Sequence record: OM728296.1
Source of the DNA: Bacillus phage vB_BsuM-Goe26
Length of the DNA stretch: 32,000 bases
Reading direction: 5' to 3' (one strand)
Shown here: positions 1 to 10,022 of the stretch, in pieces
How positions within the stretch are numbered: position 1 is the first letter of the stretch
Layout: each line of letters opens with the position of its first letter
Made by a program: the position numbers and the translations under genes
The notes under the pieces: model-generated
Told to the model about the DNA's origin: nothing
What the model saw: the letters and a program-made list of their open reading frames with translations, nothing else
Database searches by the model: none

Positions 1-1574
1 GCAAGATAAAACTTAACGGGGATGTTAACGTTGGGGGTTTCTCGAACTATGTACAAGACCCTGACTGTGAAAAAGCTTTGTCTTTAAACTGGACAATAAC
101 AGCTACAGGTTCGGGAGGATTCTCATACGCGGTCTTACCGACAAACGATGTACCACCAGCTGGTGAACCAAACTTCCCTCCTCCGACTAAGTATGGGATA
201 AAGCTGCAAGTAAATGAGAAGAAGCTGTACGAGATGAAACAGCCAAAGTTTGATGTTGAACCGGGAACTCCATTGGCTATTAGCTGTTACACCTATAAAA
301 AGCTAAATGAGACAGCCATGTATTCCGGTTGGTTTGCGGTTAATTTTTACAACGCAAGCGGATCATTACTCCAAGATGAGTTTTATGTACCATTGAGAGG
401 GAATGATGATGAGCCTTTATGGTCGCTAGTACGGGCTGAGATGAAAGTTCCGGCGAAGGCTGCTAAAGCAGAGGTGTATATCAGATTCAAACCGTTGGCT
501 GACGAGGAGTACCCATTAACCTATTACATTGGGAGTCCGAAGGTTTCCAAACCCGGTACGATGGATGTTGACTCTATCTATTCTTACCTAGTATATTCTC
601 AACGAGTTACAGTCAACAAGACACTCGACTTTGGGTATAGAGGTAATATAAAACAACAGGGGTATCTAGCTCCTTATGGAGACATAAAAATGCAGGATGG
701 TGTGTTAACATCTACAAAGAACGATTATAAGCTACACGTGGGTAATGGACACATATCTGCTGTAAAATATTATGACATTGATAGTGACTCCTTGAACCCG
801 AGGATGATACTTGACGCTGTTGGATTACATGCGTACTCTTCCGGGAATAACAAAAACGCTATGTTTTCAACTGAAGGTAATTTAGAGATGTATCGCGATG
901 CGGCGATAGTTTTCAAGTCGTCTCCATCTAGTATGACTTTTAACAAATATGGAAACTTAACGCCGACAACACCTAGTAACGCGTCTGCGACAGCGAGTTG
1001 GAATGTTGGGCACGTAAACGGAGGTAACGTAATAAAAGCTTACTTTGGTTCAAGCGGAGGAAGCAACAACGCTTACGGTATTCAAATTATCCCGGGAGGA
1101 TCAGGTAATGGATTTGAGTTTGTAAACCTTGATAGTTCAAACATCGGTATGAAAGGGCCAAATCAGATAATAAAGTTTCTGGGCGGGAGTAGCACAACAC
1201 AGTTCAGGAATAGAGCTGACTCTGACTACGCTTCTATCACTGTCGGAGGACTAACTAACCACTCGTACAGGGATTCAAAAACGGGAATTGAAGAGTCGAG
1301 TATAAATGCTATGTCCATAGTAAAAGACCTCATTGTAAGGGAATACTACAAAGGATCAGACTTAGTTGTAAAAGACGAGAATGGAAACGACTTATATTGT
1401 GAGTTGCCTGGCTCCACTGTTTTGTTGTCACCAAAGAAACAAATTGGGCTGATTTGGGATGAAGCTGCGGATTGTATAAGAAACCCTGATGGAATTGACC
1501 TATACAAGTTCTGTACTTTGTTACTAAAAGCGTTACAGGAGACTGAAGAAAGACTAACTGCGGGAGGACTGTAA
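1..1574 (+). CDS. Phage structural protein (tail fibre/baseplate-like), 5' truncated by window edge
   Basis: Frame 3 is open from the window start (…KIKLNGDVNVGGFSNYVQDPDCEKALSLNWTITATG…), so the TTG at 78 is probably not the start. Gly/Ser/Asn-rich, beta-rich composition with a C-terminal 'VLLSPKKQIGLIWDEAADCIRNPDGIDLYKFCTLLLKALQE' segment. Confidence 0.6.
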   Translation, partial: KIKLNGDVNVGGFSNYVQDPDCEKALSLNWTITATGSGGFSYAVLPTNDVPPAGEPNFPPPTKYGIKLQVNEKKLYEMKQPKFDVEPGTPLAISCYTYKKLNETAMYSGWFAVNFYNASGSLLQDEFYVPLRGNDDEPLWSLVRAEMKVPAKAAKAEVYIRFKPLADEEYPLTYYIGSPKVSKPGTMDVDSIYSYLVYSQRVTVNKTLDFGYRGNIKQQGYLAPYGDIKMQDGVLTSTKNDYKLHVGNGHISAVKYYDIDSDSLNPRMILDAVGLHAYSSGNNKNAMFSTEGNLEMYRDAAIVFKSSPSSMTFNKYGNLTPTTPSNASATASWNVGHVNGGNVIKAYFGSSGGSNNAYGIQIIPGGSGNGFEFVNLDSSNIGMKGPNQIIKFLGGSSTTQFRNRADSDYASITVGGLTNHSYRDSKTGIEESSINAMSIVKDLIVREYYKGSDLVVKDENGNDLYCELPGSTVLLSPKKQIGLIWDEAADCIRNPDGIDLYKFCTLLLKALQETEERLTAGGL

Positions 1575-1575
1575 A

Positions 1576-1794
1576 ATGTCAGAAAATAATAGGCAGCAAA
1601 TAACATATCTAGAATTAACCACGAAGGAGACCATGACAAGTCTGTTTCTAGACAATGTAGAGCTTCAAGCAAGAGTCAGGGAGCTCTCGGATTTGCTACA
1701 AAGGACACAAATGGAGCTACAAGACGTGCGAAAAGAACTGAAAGAGCTTAAAGAACGCGAACCAGAGGTAAAAGTTGAAAAAGAGACTAAATAA
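1576..1794 (+). CDS. Small coiled-coil protein of unknown function
   Basis: 72-aa ORF, SD GGGAGG upstream, heptad-rich 'VELQARVRELSDLLQRTQMELQDVRKELKELKE'; directly follows the structural gene. Confidence 0.65.
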   Translation: MSENNRQQITYLELTTKETMTSLFLDNVELQARVRELSDLLQRTQMELQDVRKELKELKEREPEVKVEKETK

Positions 1795-1879
1795 CCCATT
1801 TTAGGACATTATATTTCGTCTTAATTGGTTAGTAAGTATAATTTACCATAAATTGTCTAAAACGCCGTACAGAGCGCGA

Positions 1880-1908
1880 GAGAGCCCTTATTTTGAGGGC
1901 TCTTTTTA
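1880..1908 (+). terminator. Rho-independent terminator
   Basis: AGAGCCCT (1881-1888) TATTTTG AGGGCTCT (1896-1903) followed by a T-run. Confidence 0.85.
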
Positions 1909-1950
1909 CATACTTAATTTTTATGTCAGAATACATAAATGTATATAACA

Positions 1951-2012
1951 TATAATACAAGTATTTATATAAATATATGCAGAGGACTTAACTAAGTTCT
2001 CTATCATATAAT
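1951..2012 (+). promoter_or_regulatory. AT-rich region with candidate -10 elements (TATAAT at 1951-1956 and 2007-2012)
   Basis: Perfect TATAAT hexamers in a long intergenic region upstream of the UvsW-like gene; -35 matches are poor. Confidence 0.4.
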
Positions 2013-2107
2013 TTAAATTTAGTATTTGCTCCGCAAATATGTATCTACATGGAGACTGGCGTAAACTTTGAATTTTTTACTTTCCTTAATGCTAGGAGGC
2101 GATGTAT

Positions 2108-3820
2108 TTGAAAATTGTAGTAGACAATAATTATTCAAAGATAACGGATGTAACGACTAAGGGTAACAGAGACCTTCTGCTAACTTCTATTGATGACGAG
2201 CTCGCTGTAAGGTCTCCCGGTTACTTCTTTAGTCCTGCGTTTAAGTCTGGTAGATGGGATGGGTTTATTAGGTTCTATGACAGAAGGACTAGAACTTTCC
2301 CAACTGGACTACTTGATAGTGTGTTAACTATATTCGCAGAGGCTGGTATTGAATTTGAGATCGACGATAACAGGACTGTTTACGAGTTTGACTTCCCAGA
2401 AGAAATAAAGCTTATGGAGCCTTCTGCTGAGGGAGGTTACATTACTCTCCGTGACTATCAGTACGAGGCTGTTGTTGAGACGCTGAAGAAGCGAAGAGGA
2501 GTTGTAAACGTCGCTACTAACGGCGGGAAAACTGAGATAGCATCAGGTATAATCCAACAGCTTTTACCAAAGCTGAAACCAAAACAACGTATCCTGTTCG
2601 TAACGCATAACAAGGAAATCTTCCATCAGTCTGCTGCTCGTATTGAAAAGCGACTTGGAATAAAGGTCGGTAAGGTTGGGGATGGTATTTGGGATTTACG
2701 CCCTGTTACCCTTGTAATGATTCCTACAATCTCTAGATATGTTACTAAATCAAAAAGCAAAAAGAAGCCAAAGCCCATTACCTATACAGGAGAGATGAAA
2801 GCAATAAAGAGGATATTTGATGTGATCGAGGATGACGAGCCTAAAGGAGCAGAACTAGGTAAGCTTGTTTCATTATTCCAAGGGGAAAACTCGAAAGACG
2901 CCCAAGAAGCGGCTGAGATTTTGTATAACGTCCGTGAAAAGAAGACAACGTTTAAGAAGTTACGAAAGGCTCTTGAAAAATATGAGAGTAAAAAGAGAGG
3001 AAAGAGCGACGAGAAGAAACAAGAAGTTTTAGACCTTCTGGAGAGTGCTGTTTGTTTCATAGGGGATGAATTCCACCACTCCGTGTCTGATACTTGGTAT
3101 CAGTCTTTGATGCTTTGTAAAAACGCTGTGTTCCGGATAGGACTAACGGGAACTGTTGACAAGAAGGACGAGCTTAACTACATGCGAATCTTGAGTTGTA
3201 CAGGAGAGATAACGACTAAAATCTCAAATGAATTCCTGATAAGTCGCGGGTTCAGCGCGAAGCCTACGATTCATCTCTCAAAAATTGATACGCCAGTAAT
3301 ACCAGAACAAGTTGGTTGGCAAGAAGCTTACAGAATTGGAATAACTGAGAATGAGTATCGTAACAAAGTTATTGCTAACAAAGTAGCTAGTAAGTACAAA
3401 GAGGGTAAGGGTTGCTTAATCATAACAAACCATATTAGCCATGGACAGGCTATTTTGGACTTACTTAAAGAGCTCGGTGTTGAGGCTGAGTTTACTAATG
3501 GTCAAAGAAGCTCAGAAGACCGAGAAGCTTTTCTTCAGAGGATGCGTGATGGAGAACTTCGAGTGTTGATAGCGACCTCGATCTTAGACGAAGGCGTTGA
3601 CATCTCTGGTATTAACTGTGTGTGGATGGCTGCGGGAGGAAAGTCATACCGACAAACACTTCAACGTGTCGGTCGTGGACTCCGTAAAAAGGAAGACGGG
3701 AGTGGACTTGAGGTTTACGATTTTCTAGACTTTACTCACTCAATCCTTACCAGACATACTCAGGAGCGATACAATTATTATAAAGACGAAGGTTTTGAAA
3801 TTAAGAGAGACAATGACTAA
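2108..3820 (+). CDS. UvsW-like DNA/RNA helicase (SF2)
   Basis: Walker A-like 'VATNGGKTEIASG', 'FIGDEFHHS' (motif II), 'GLTGT', 'ATSILDEGVDISG', 'QTLQRVGRGLRK' (motif VI). Start: TTG at 2108 is well spaced from AGGAGG (2094-2099); the track ATG at 2102 is only 2 nt away. Confidence 0.88.
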   Translation: MKIVVDNNYSKITDVTTKGNRDLLLTSIDDELAVRSPGYFFSPAFKSGRWDGFIRFYDRRTRTFPTGLLDSVLTIFAEAGIEFEIDDNRTVYEFDFPEEIKLMEPSAEGGYITLRDYQYEAVVETLKKRRGVVNVATNGGKTEIASGIIQQLLPKLKPKQRILFVTHNKEIFHQSAARIEKRLGIKVGKVGDGIWDLRPVTLVMIPTISRYVTKSKSKKKPKPITYTGEMKAIKRIFDVIEDDEPKGAELGKLVSLFQGENSKDAQEAAEILYNVREKKTTFKKLRKALEKYESKKRGKSDEKKQEVLDLLESAVCFIGDEFHHSVSDTWYQSLMLCKNAVFRIGLTGTVDKKDELNYMRILSCTGEITTKISNEFLISRGFSAKPTIHLSKIDTPVIPEQVGWQEAYRIGITENEYRNKVIANKVASKYKEGKGCLIITNHISHGQAILDLLKELGVEAEFTNGQRSSEDREAFLQRMRDGELRVLIATSILDEGVDISGINCVWMAAGGKSYRQTLQRVGRGLRKKEDGSGLEVYDFLDFTHSILTRHTQERYNYYKDEGFEIKRDND

Positions 3821-3830
3821 CAAAATTTTT

Positions 3831-3899
3831 TTATTTTCCGCGTCAACCTAGTTGGTAAGCTGACTCAACTCCTGCGGCTAGAAATGACGCGGAAAATAA
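3831..3899. repeat. Perfect 15-bp inverted repeat, hairpin-forming, not terminator-like
   Basis: TTATTTTCCGCGTCA (3831-3845) and TGACGCGGAAAATAA (3885-3899); inner stem 3848-3854/3875-3881. Confidence 0.85.
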
Positions 3900-3952
3900 T
3901 TAGTTGTACTTAGCTTATTTTAATGTGTACGTAAATCGTAGGAGGAATTAAT

Positions 3953-5173
3953 TTGAACTTAGTTGAAAGGATAGAGGACTTTGGAAAAGATACTGTTGTT
4001 GTTCCAGATTCCGTTTGGGAGTGTGAAGAACTACTGCCTGTAGATATAAAGGTTTACAAGACAATACTAGCCTATAGTAAACTGGCGTTGTCACTAGGGG
4101 GAAAGTTGACTAAGAAAGGTCAACCCATTGTTAACGTGTCGCAAAAGACGTTGGCTGAGCGAGTACGGACAACGGTAGGGACTCTTCAAGCTAGTTTGAA
4201 AAGACTTGTTGATGTCGGACTAATAGAGGTTCAAAGATTCAGAACGGTCAATAAAAACAACAATATAATGCTTATTGGAGACTTCTACGGGATAGATACT
4301 GAGAACCCTAGTATTGAAACTACAGAGGAGCGTCCAGTCAAGATAGCTGATAAATCTGTAAAACCAAAATTGTTGGGTGATGATGAAGTGACAGTTACTA
4401 AGAGATTCGATCCAGAAAAGTACAAAAACAAACTCCGAAGCATAGGCGGTAAGACAAGAGAAGAACAAGAGATCCTAGAAATATCGAAGCACTACGATAT
4501 GCTAGCGCGAAAGGTGTTAAAGACTAGTGGATACAGATCATTATCTATAAAAGAACCGCAAAAGCATAAGAACTGGCCGAAATTCGAGAAGTATCGAGCG
4601 TTTTGTATAGAAAAAGACTTTGATGCTCTAGTGTTCCTTGATGTACAATTCGAGAGAGCTAAGAACCACTGGAAAGGAAGCAAATTCAAGTTTCCTTTGC
4701 CTCATATGCTTTGTTCCTCTGGTGCGGAGAAGTACTTTGTAAATTGGGTTAAAGAGCAAGAGGAGAAGTATGGAAAAGATGTTCGGAAGTCTAAAAAGTT
4801 AAAAGCGAAGAAAACGGAGAGTTTGAAAACTCAGGTTATACGGGGAATTGTTCAAACTTGTGAAAAGATGTCTAGACACTTTGAAAATGTTAAGGGGAAA
4901 CAAGAGCGCGAAGAGACAAAGGTATTAAAGATAACAGAGTATTGGATGTCTTACTCCTCTGCTTATTTGTACTCAATTCCTTGGTTTAAAGACTATCTTG
5001 AAGAACTTCTGGATGAACCGAACCCGCACCCGAGACTGTTGGAGATAAAAGACGACTTTAGTCTATACGACAAAAATAAGAGAATACGAACTGTAATTTC
5101 AAAGACCGTTGAGATGTCGGAGCGAGAGTTTGACATCCCGGCTAACCTAGATTTAGCTGAGTATGAGGAGTAA
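3953..5173 (+). CDS. Replication initiation/helicase-loader-like protein with winged-helix N-terminus
   Basis: TTG start after GGAGGAATTAAT; wHTH-like 'NVSQKTLAERVRTTVGTLQASLKRLVDVGLIEVQRF'; immediately upstream of the DnaB-like helicase. Confidence 0.6.
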   Translation: MNLVERIEDFGKDTVVVPDSVWECEELLPVDIKVYKTILAYSKLALSLGGKLTKKGQPIVNVSQKTLAERVRTTVGTLQASLKRLVDVGLIEVQRFRTVNKNNNIMLIGDFYGIDTENPSIETTEERPVKIADKSVKPKLLGDDEVTVTKRFDPEKYKNKLRSIGGKTREEQEILEISKHYDMLARKVLKTSGYRSLSIKEPQKHKNWPKFEKYRAFCIEKDFDALVFLDVQFERAKNHWKGSKFKFPLPHMLCSSGAEKYFVNWVKEQEEKYGKDVRKSKKLKAKKTESLKTQVIRGIVQTCEKMSRHFENVKGKQEREETKVLKITEYWMSYSSAYLYSIPWFKDYLEELLDEPNPHPRLLEIKDDFSLYDKNKRIRTVISKTVEMSEREFDIPANLDLAEYEE

Positions 5174-5228
5174 GTTTGTAAATATTCGCTTTATTATTTA
5201 TGTAATCTAGAAGGGAGGAGTGAAGAGA

Positions 5229-6686
5229 TTGGCAGATGTGTATGACTTTAGTGGTTCTTTCCAGACAAAGATACTTGCTTTGCTTTGGAGGGACTCCTCT
5301 TTCTTTACTTTATATAGCGAGACAGTAAAACCGCAGTATTTTGAATCTGAGATTCATATTGATCTAGCTAGAATAATTTTCACTCACTATGAGAAATATG
5401 AGGAACCGCCTTCATTGGAGGCTATGGAAGAAGAAGTAAGAACACTAGTTGGATCGTCAAAGATTAAATCTAAAAAAGCCGACGAATACTACTCAGAAGT
5501 TAATAAGCTTGTAGAAGCTAACCTTAACGATATGTCGTATGTTCGTGATAAAGTCATAGAGTTTGGTAAGCGACAAGCAGTGACTCAGGCTATACTCGAT
5601 TCGATTGATGATGTAAAAGCGGGGAAGAATTACGATAAAGTTGAGGAGCGTATCAAATCAGCGACTCAGGTTGGCGAGGATATAGGTGACCACGGTACTG
5701 ACTACTTCAGCGAAGAATCAATTGACGCCCGATTAGAAGAGACTTACGAAAAGAGTGAAGACCTTGAAAAGATACCAACCGGAATAGAGCTTCTAGACAG
5801 AGTTATGGGTGGTGGTTTAGGTCGTAAAGAACTTGGAATTGTTATCGCTCCTCCAGGAACAGGTAAAACGCTGACTCTAATTAATATAGGGGCTAGTGCT
5901 ATAAACAATAATAAGAATGTACTTCACCTCTCTTTTGAGATGTCGGAGGAGAAGGTTGCCCAACGTTACGATATGAAGTTCTTAAACCGATCTAAGGACG
6001 CGATTAAAGGCAATCTTAAAAAAGTATCAAAAGCTCTTAAGATGTTAGGTAATGCTCGTAAAGGAAAACTAATAATAAAAGAGTTTCCTACTAGGACTTG
6101 TACGCCAGATACGGTTAGAGCTTTAGTTACTAAACTTCGTATTTCAAAGGGTTTTGTTCCTGATTTGATTATCTTAGACTATCCTGACATTATGAAACCG
6201 TCTCGGACTTACGGGGAACGACGACACGAGCTAGAGATGCTCTACGAGGATGTACGGGCGCTAGGTTCTATCTTTGATTGTGCTGTATGGGGCGCGTCTC
6301 AAACGAACAGAAGTGCGTTAGACAAGAAAGTGGTTACGATTGCCGATCTGGCGGAATCATTCGGTAAAGCGGCAGTAGCTGACTTTATGATCGCGTTGTC
6401 TCAAACGAAAAAAGAGAAAAAGCTTGGACAAGTCAGGTACTATATCGCAAAACACCGTAATGGTACGGATGGTGAGACGATACATTGTGATATTTGGTAC
6501 GAAAAGATGACGGTACAGTCTAATGAAGAACGAGAATCTGCTTTCGACATGGAAGACGACGATGAAGATGACATTGAAGAAAACAAGCCTAAAAAGAAAA
6601 CTTTTTCAGGTAAACGCAGAAAGAAGAAAGGTAATGACGGTAGCGAGGTTGCTAACGCTATTATGAATGAAATGAATGGAGTGTAA
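5229..6686 (+). CDS. DnaB-like replicative helicase
   Basis: 'EKIPTGIELLDRVMGGGLGRKELGIVIAPPGTGKTLTLINIGASAINNNKNVLHLSFEMSEEKVAQRYDMKFL' (Walker A and DnaB/RecA core), 'LIILDYPDIMKP'. TTG 5229 fits SD GGGAGGAG better than GTG 5220. Confidence 0.87.
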   Translation: MADVYDFSGSFQTKILALLWRDSSFFTLYSETVKPQYFESEIHIDLARIIFTHYEKYEEPPSLEAMEEEVRTLVGSSKIKSKKADEYYSEVNKLVEANLNDMSYVRDKVIEFGKRQAVTQAILDSIDDVKAGKNYDKVEERIKSATQVGEDIGDHGTDYFSEESIDARLEETYEKSEDLEKIPTGIELLDRVMGGGLGRKELGIVIAPPGTGKTLTLINIGASAINNNKNVLHLSFEMSEEKVAQRYDMKFLNRSKDAIKGNLKKVSKALKMLGNARKGKLIIKEFPTRTCTPDTVRALVTKLRISKGFVPDLIILDYPDIMKPSRTYGERRHELEMLYEDVRALGSIFDCAVWGASQTNRSALDKKVVTIADLAESFGKAAVADFMIALSQTKKEKKLGQVRYYIAKHRNGTDGETIHCDIWYEKMTVQSNEERESAFDMEDDDEDDIEENKPKKKTFSGKRRKKKGNDGSEVANAIMNEMNGV

Positions 6687-6689
6687 CGT

Positions 6690-7748
6690 ATGAAACTTGT
6701 AGCGTTTGGAGATTTACATGCTCACGATTTTGCTGAGTTCGCAGAACCTCACGAAAAATACGCGAATACTAGACTAAAAGCTATTGTAGACGCTTTAGAG
6801 AACATGATCAACTACTGTAAACAAGAGGACATCGAGTATGTCCTTTTCGCTGGAGACTTGTTTCATAAGCGCGTTCTTGTAGACACAAGAGTTAAAAATA
6901 TAATTTACGACGTAGTAGCGGAGTCAGGGTTACAATGGATTATGATACCCGGAAACCATGATCAGGTCGATAACTCTGATTATCCTCAACACTCTCTCCA
7001 TACGTTTAAGGATATTAGCGGTGTTGTTGTACTCGATAGGTTTACGCCGTATACATTGCTTACTCCTCCGGGAGAGGATGATGTTAAAATATTTCCTTCG
7101 CCTTACTCTAAAAATACTGCGATGGTTAAGGACAACTTGGCGGGTTACATAAATGAAATCGAGCAGGACAGAGAAGAAGGAACGTCTTATTGTAATATTC
7201 TACTTGGTCATGCCGGTATAAGCGGAGCTACAGTCGGTAAATCAAGATACGCTATGCAAGACGCCTTTGGAATTAATGATTTCTACCCGGACGTGTTTAA
7301 CTTTGGTATTTTTGGTCACTACCACCGGAGACAAAGATTAGACCATTATGAGACATTTGCCTATACTGGTTCACCGTTACAGCATAACTTTAACGATGAG
7401 GGACAATCAAACGGTTTCTTACTTCTTGACACCGTAACAGGAGACTTAGACTTTGTTGATGTTCCGTCACCTAAATTTGTAACTGTTAAGACAAAAGACT
7501 ATAACCCTGACGACTTGAAAGGAAACTATGTGAGGTTTCAAATTCCTGCTGATGAAGTTGAAAGTCTCGCGGAAGAGCTCCCAGAAGAGCTACACCATCG
7601 AATCGAGCCACAAAAAGAGTTTAAAGAAGAAAAGCGTGTTGATATAGACCACTCTATGTCGTCGTCAGAGGTTGTAAAGACTTACTGCGATCAATTTAAC
7701 CCAGAGGCGACATCAGTTCTGTTAGATATACTTAGTGAGGTGGAATAA
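6690..7748 (+). CDS. SbcD/gp47-like recombination nuclease subunit (metallophosphoesterase)
   Basis: 'VAFGDLHAHDF', 'VLFAGDLFHKR', 'MIPGNHDQVD', 'LLGHAGISG', 'FGHYHRRQRLD'. Confidence 0.92.
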   Translation: MKLVAFGDLHAHDFAEFAEPHEKYANTRLKAIVDALENMINYCKQEDIEYVLFAGDLFHKRVLVDTRVKNIIYDVVAESGLQWIMIPGNHDQVDNSDYPQHSLHTFKDISGVVVLDRFTPYTLLTPPGEDDVKIFPSPYSKNTAMVKDNLAGYINEIEQDREEGTSYCNILLGHAGISGATVGKSRYAMQDAFGINDFYPDVFNFGIFGHYHRRQRLDHYETFAYTGSPLQHNFNDEGQSNGFLLLDTVTGDLDFVDVPSPKFVTVKTKDYNPDDLKGNYVRFQIPADEVESLAEELPEELHHRIEPQKEFKEEKRVDIDHSMSSSEVVKTYCDQFNPEATSVLLDILSEVE

Positions 7749-9751
7749 TGAGACTTTTGGAAGTAGAGCTTCAAAACTTTATGTCTGTTAGATCGACTTC
7801 TGTGGTTCTTGAGAACCAAGGGTTGTTATTACTCCAAGGGAGAAACAACGATGCTCCAGAGTTTGAATCAAATGGGGCAGGAAAGTCTACCATATTTGAA
7901 GCGATTATTTACGCTATCTATGAAAAGTCCCTACGCGGGTTGTCTCCGAATGAGCTTGTTAACAACGAGGTCGGACGCAATATGATTGTGCGGCTAGATG
8001 TCGAAGGTGACGACAAACAGCTGTATAAAATCGTAAGGTATCGTAAACACCGAGAACATAAGAACAACTCTTATGTATTCCAGCAAGGAGTCAACATAAC
8101 CCCAAAGAGTACAAAAGATGTTAATAAGTTTATAGAAGACCTTTTTAGAATTGACTATTCGACGTTCACTAACTCGATACTATTTGGTAGCGGTATGGTG
8201 AAGACGTTTACTGCGGCTTCTGACGCTGAGAAAAAGTCAATACTTGAGAATATGTTACAACTCGATGTTTGGCCAAAAGCGCAGGAGGTGGCGAAGAAGC
8301 GACTCAAAAAACAGAAGGAGCTCCTTCAAGAAACTGATGTCAAGATTCAAAAAATAGCGACCTCGATAGAGGAGGCGGAAACAACCATAACCTTTTTGAA
8401 AGAAAAGCAGAAGGAAGAGCTTCAAGATCGTGCGGAAACACTTAAGCGACTCAAAAAAGAACTAAAAGAGCTGAAGAAAGAGACGACTCTAGAGATTAAG
8501 AAAGCTGAGAAGGCTTTAGAGGCAAAAGAAAAAGAGCTTACGATGTCTTCTGCGGATGAGACGGATGAGGAAGAAGCCCTTGAAAAATACGAGAAAACAA
8601 TAACGTTGATAACAAAGAAGGAAACGAAGTTAAAAAAGTCTGAAAAAAGTTATAACAAGGGACAAGCGCGTCTTGAGTCCCTTAAGCTGGAAATGAAGAG
8701 AGGAAAGACGCAGATTAAAAAACTGTTAGCAGAGAAAGAAAAGATACAAGAGGGGGAGGGCTCTTCTTGTCCAGTCTGTAAACAGGAGATCACTGCGGAA
8801 TCTATTGAGGATTCATTGAAACATATTGATACACAAATTTATGAGATTAATAAAGAGACATCCGAGATACAGACAGAGGCGAAACAGCTACTAAAGACCT
8901 TGAAGAAGCTGGAGAACAGTCTAGAGAAAGACCGTGAAAAATTGTTAGATAAAAAGCGTGTTGTTCAGGAGAAAATTTATGAAGTTAAGTCTTCTATTAA
9001 GGTAAGAGAGAAAGCTAGAAAGCTTCTTTCTAGGGAAGTTGACTCTCTCAAAGACGACCTCGAAAAACTTTCAGAAGGGAGAGAGTTGAAGCGCCTTAAA
9101 CGAAGAATAAAAGAGCTAGAAGAGAGCGAAGACTCTTACAGCGAAGCAATAACCGAAAAACGAGATGAGATAGATGAGAAGAGAAAAAGACTAGAAGAGA
9201 TCAAAGAAGACACTAAAGAGGGCAGGGAGTTACTTAAACATCTCGAGTTCGCGGTAGACGCGTTTGGTAACTCTGGTATAAAGTCTTATCTGTTAGACTC
9301 TGTGACCCCGTATTTGAACACTAAGGCAAACTATTATCTCTCTAAACTGTCGGGCAATACGGCTGAGATCGAGTTCTCAACTCAAACGAAGCTGGCTAAT
9401 GGTGAGGTAAGAGACAAATTCGAAGTACGTGTTACAAATACGGTTGGAGGCGACTCGTATAAAGCAAACTCAACGGGAGAGAAGAGACGTTTTGATCTTG
9501 CGATTTCACTAGCGCTTCAAGATTTGATTATGTCTCGGTCAAACTCGAAGCTCAACCTACTGATGTATGACGAGATATTTGATGGGCTCGATGCTGTTGG
9601 ATGTGAAAACGCTATTCAGCTGTTACACGATATTCAGAAAAACTTTGAGTCTATTTTTGTAATCACCCATAATGATATCTTAAAGTCATACTTTGATAAT
9701 GTTCTAGAGATAACAAAAGAAAATGGACAGACAACGACTAAGCTTTTGTAG
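7748..9751 (+). CDS. SbcC/gp46-like recombination ATPase subunit (SMC/Rad50 family)
   Basis: N-terminal 'ESNGAGKSTIFEAIIYAIY', long coiled coils, zinc hook 'CPVCKQEI', C-terminal 'STGEKRRFDLAISLALQDL…LLMYDEIFDGLD'; TAATG overlap with the SbcD-like gene. Confidence 0.93.
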   Translation: MRLLEVELQNFMSVRSTSVVLENQGLLLLQGRNNDAPEFESNGAGKSTIFEAIIYAIYEKSLRGLSPNELVNNEVGRNMIVRLDVEGDDKQLYKIVRYRKHREHKNNSYVFQQGVNITPKSTKDVNKFIEDLFRIDYSTFTNSILFGSGMVKTFTAASDAEKKSILENMLQLDVWPKAQEVAKKRLKKQKELLQETDVKIQKIATSIEEAETTITFLKEKQKEELQDRAETLKRLKKELKELKKETTLEIKKAEKALEAKEKELTMSSADETDEEEALEKYEKTITLITKKETKLKKSEKSYNKGQARLESLKLEMKRGKTQIKKLLAEKEKIQEGEGSSCPVCKQEITAESIEDSLKHIDTQIYEINKETSEIQTEAKQLLKTLKKLENSLEKDREKLLDKKRVVQEKIYEVKSSIKVREKARKLLSREVDSLKDDLEKLSEGRELKRLKRRIKELEESEDSYSEAITEKRDEIDEKRKRLEEIKEDTKEGRELLKHLEFAVDAFGNSGIKSYLLDSVTPYLNTKANYYLSKLSGNTAEIEFSTQTKLANGEVRDKFEVRVTNTVGGDSYKANSTGEKRRFDLAISLALQDLIMSRSNSKLNLLMYDEIFDGLDAVGCENAIQLLHDIQKNFESIFVITHNDILKSYFDNVLEITKENGQTTTKLL

Positions 9752-9767
9752 AGAAAGAAGGTGAATT

Positions 9768-10016
9768 ATGGAGACGGTCGAGGAAATAAAAGAAGCTCGA
9801 AGAGAACTATTGAAGGAAGAGACTAAATGCTGGTTGGAAAACTGCGAGCCTTGTACGTTGATTTCCGAGGCTATAAAACGAGGAGAGTTAACGCCAAGTA
9901 CTGACTGTTCTAGATCGAACCCAGTCTGTGATGCTTGCCCTATTCATAAAAAGATGTTGGATTTTGGTGACAAACTTCTAGATTTAACACTAAAAGAACG
10001 TTACCTGAGGGGTTGA
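9768..10016 (+). CDS. Small Cys-rich (probable Zn-binding) protein
   Basis: SD GAAGGTG then ATG; 'CWLENCEPCTLI…DCSRSNPVCDACPIHKK'. Confidence 0.65.
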   Translation: METVEEIKEARRELLKEETKCWLENCEPCTLISEAIKRGELTPSTDCSRSNPVCDACPIHKKMLDFGDKLLDLTLKERYLRG

Positions 10017-10022
10017 TGTGTT

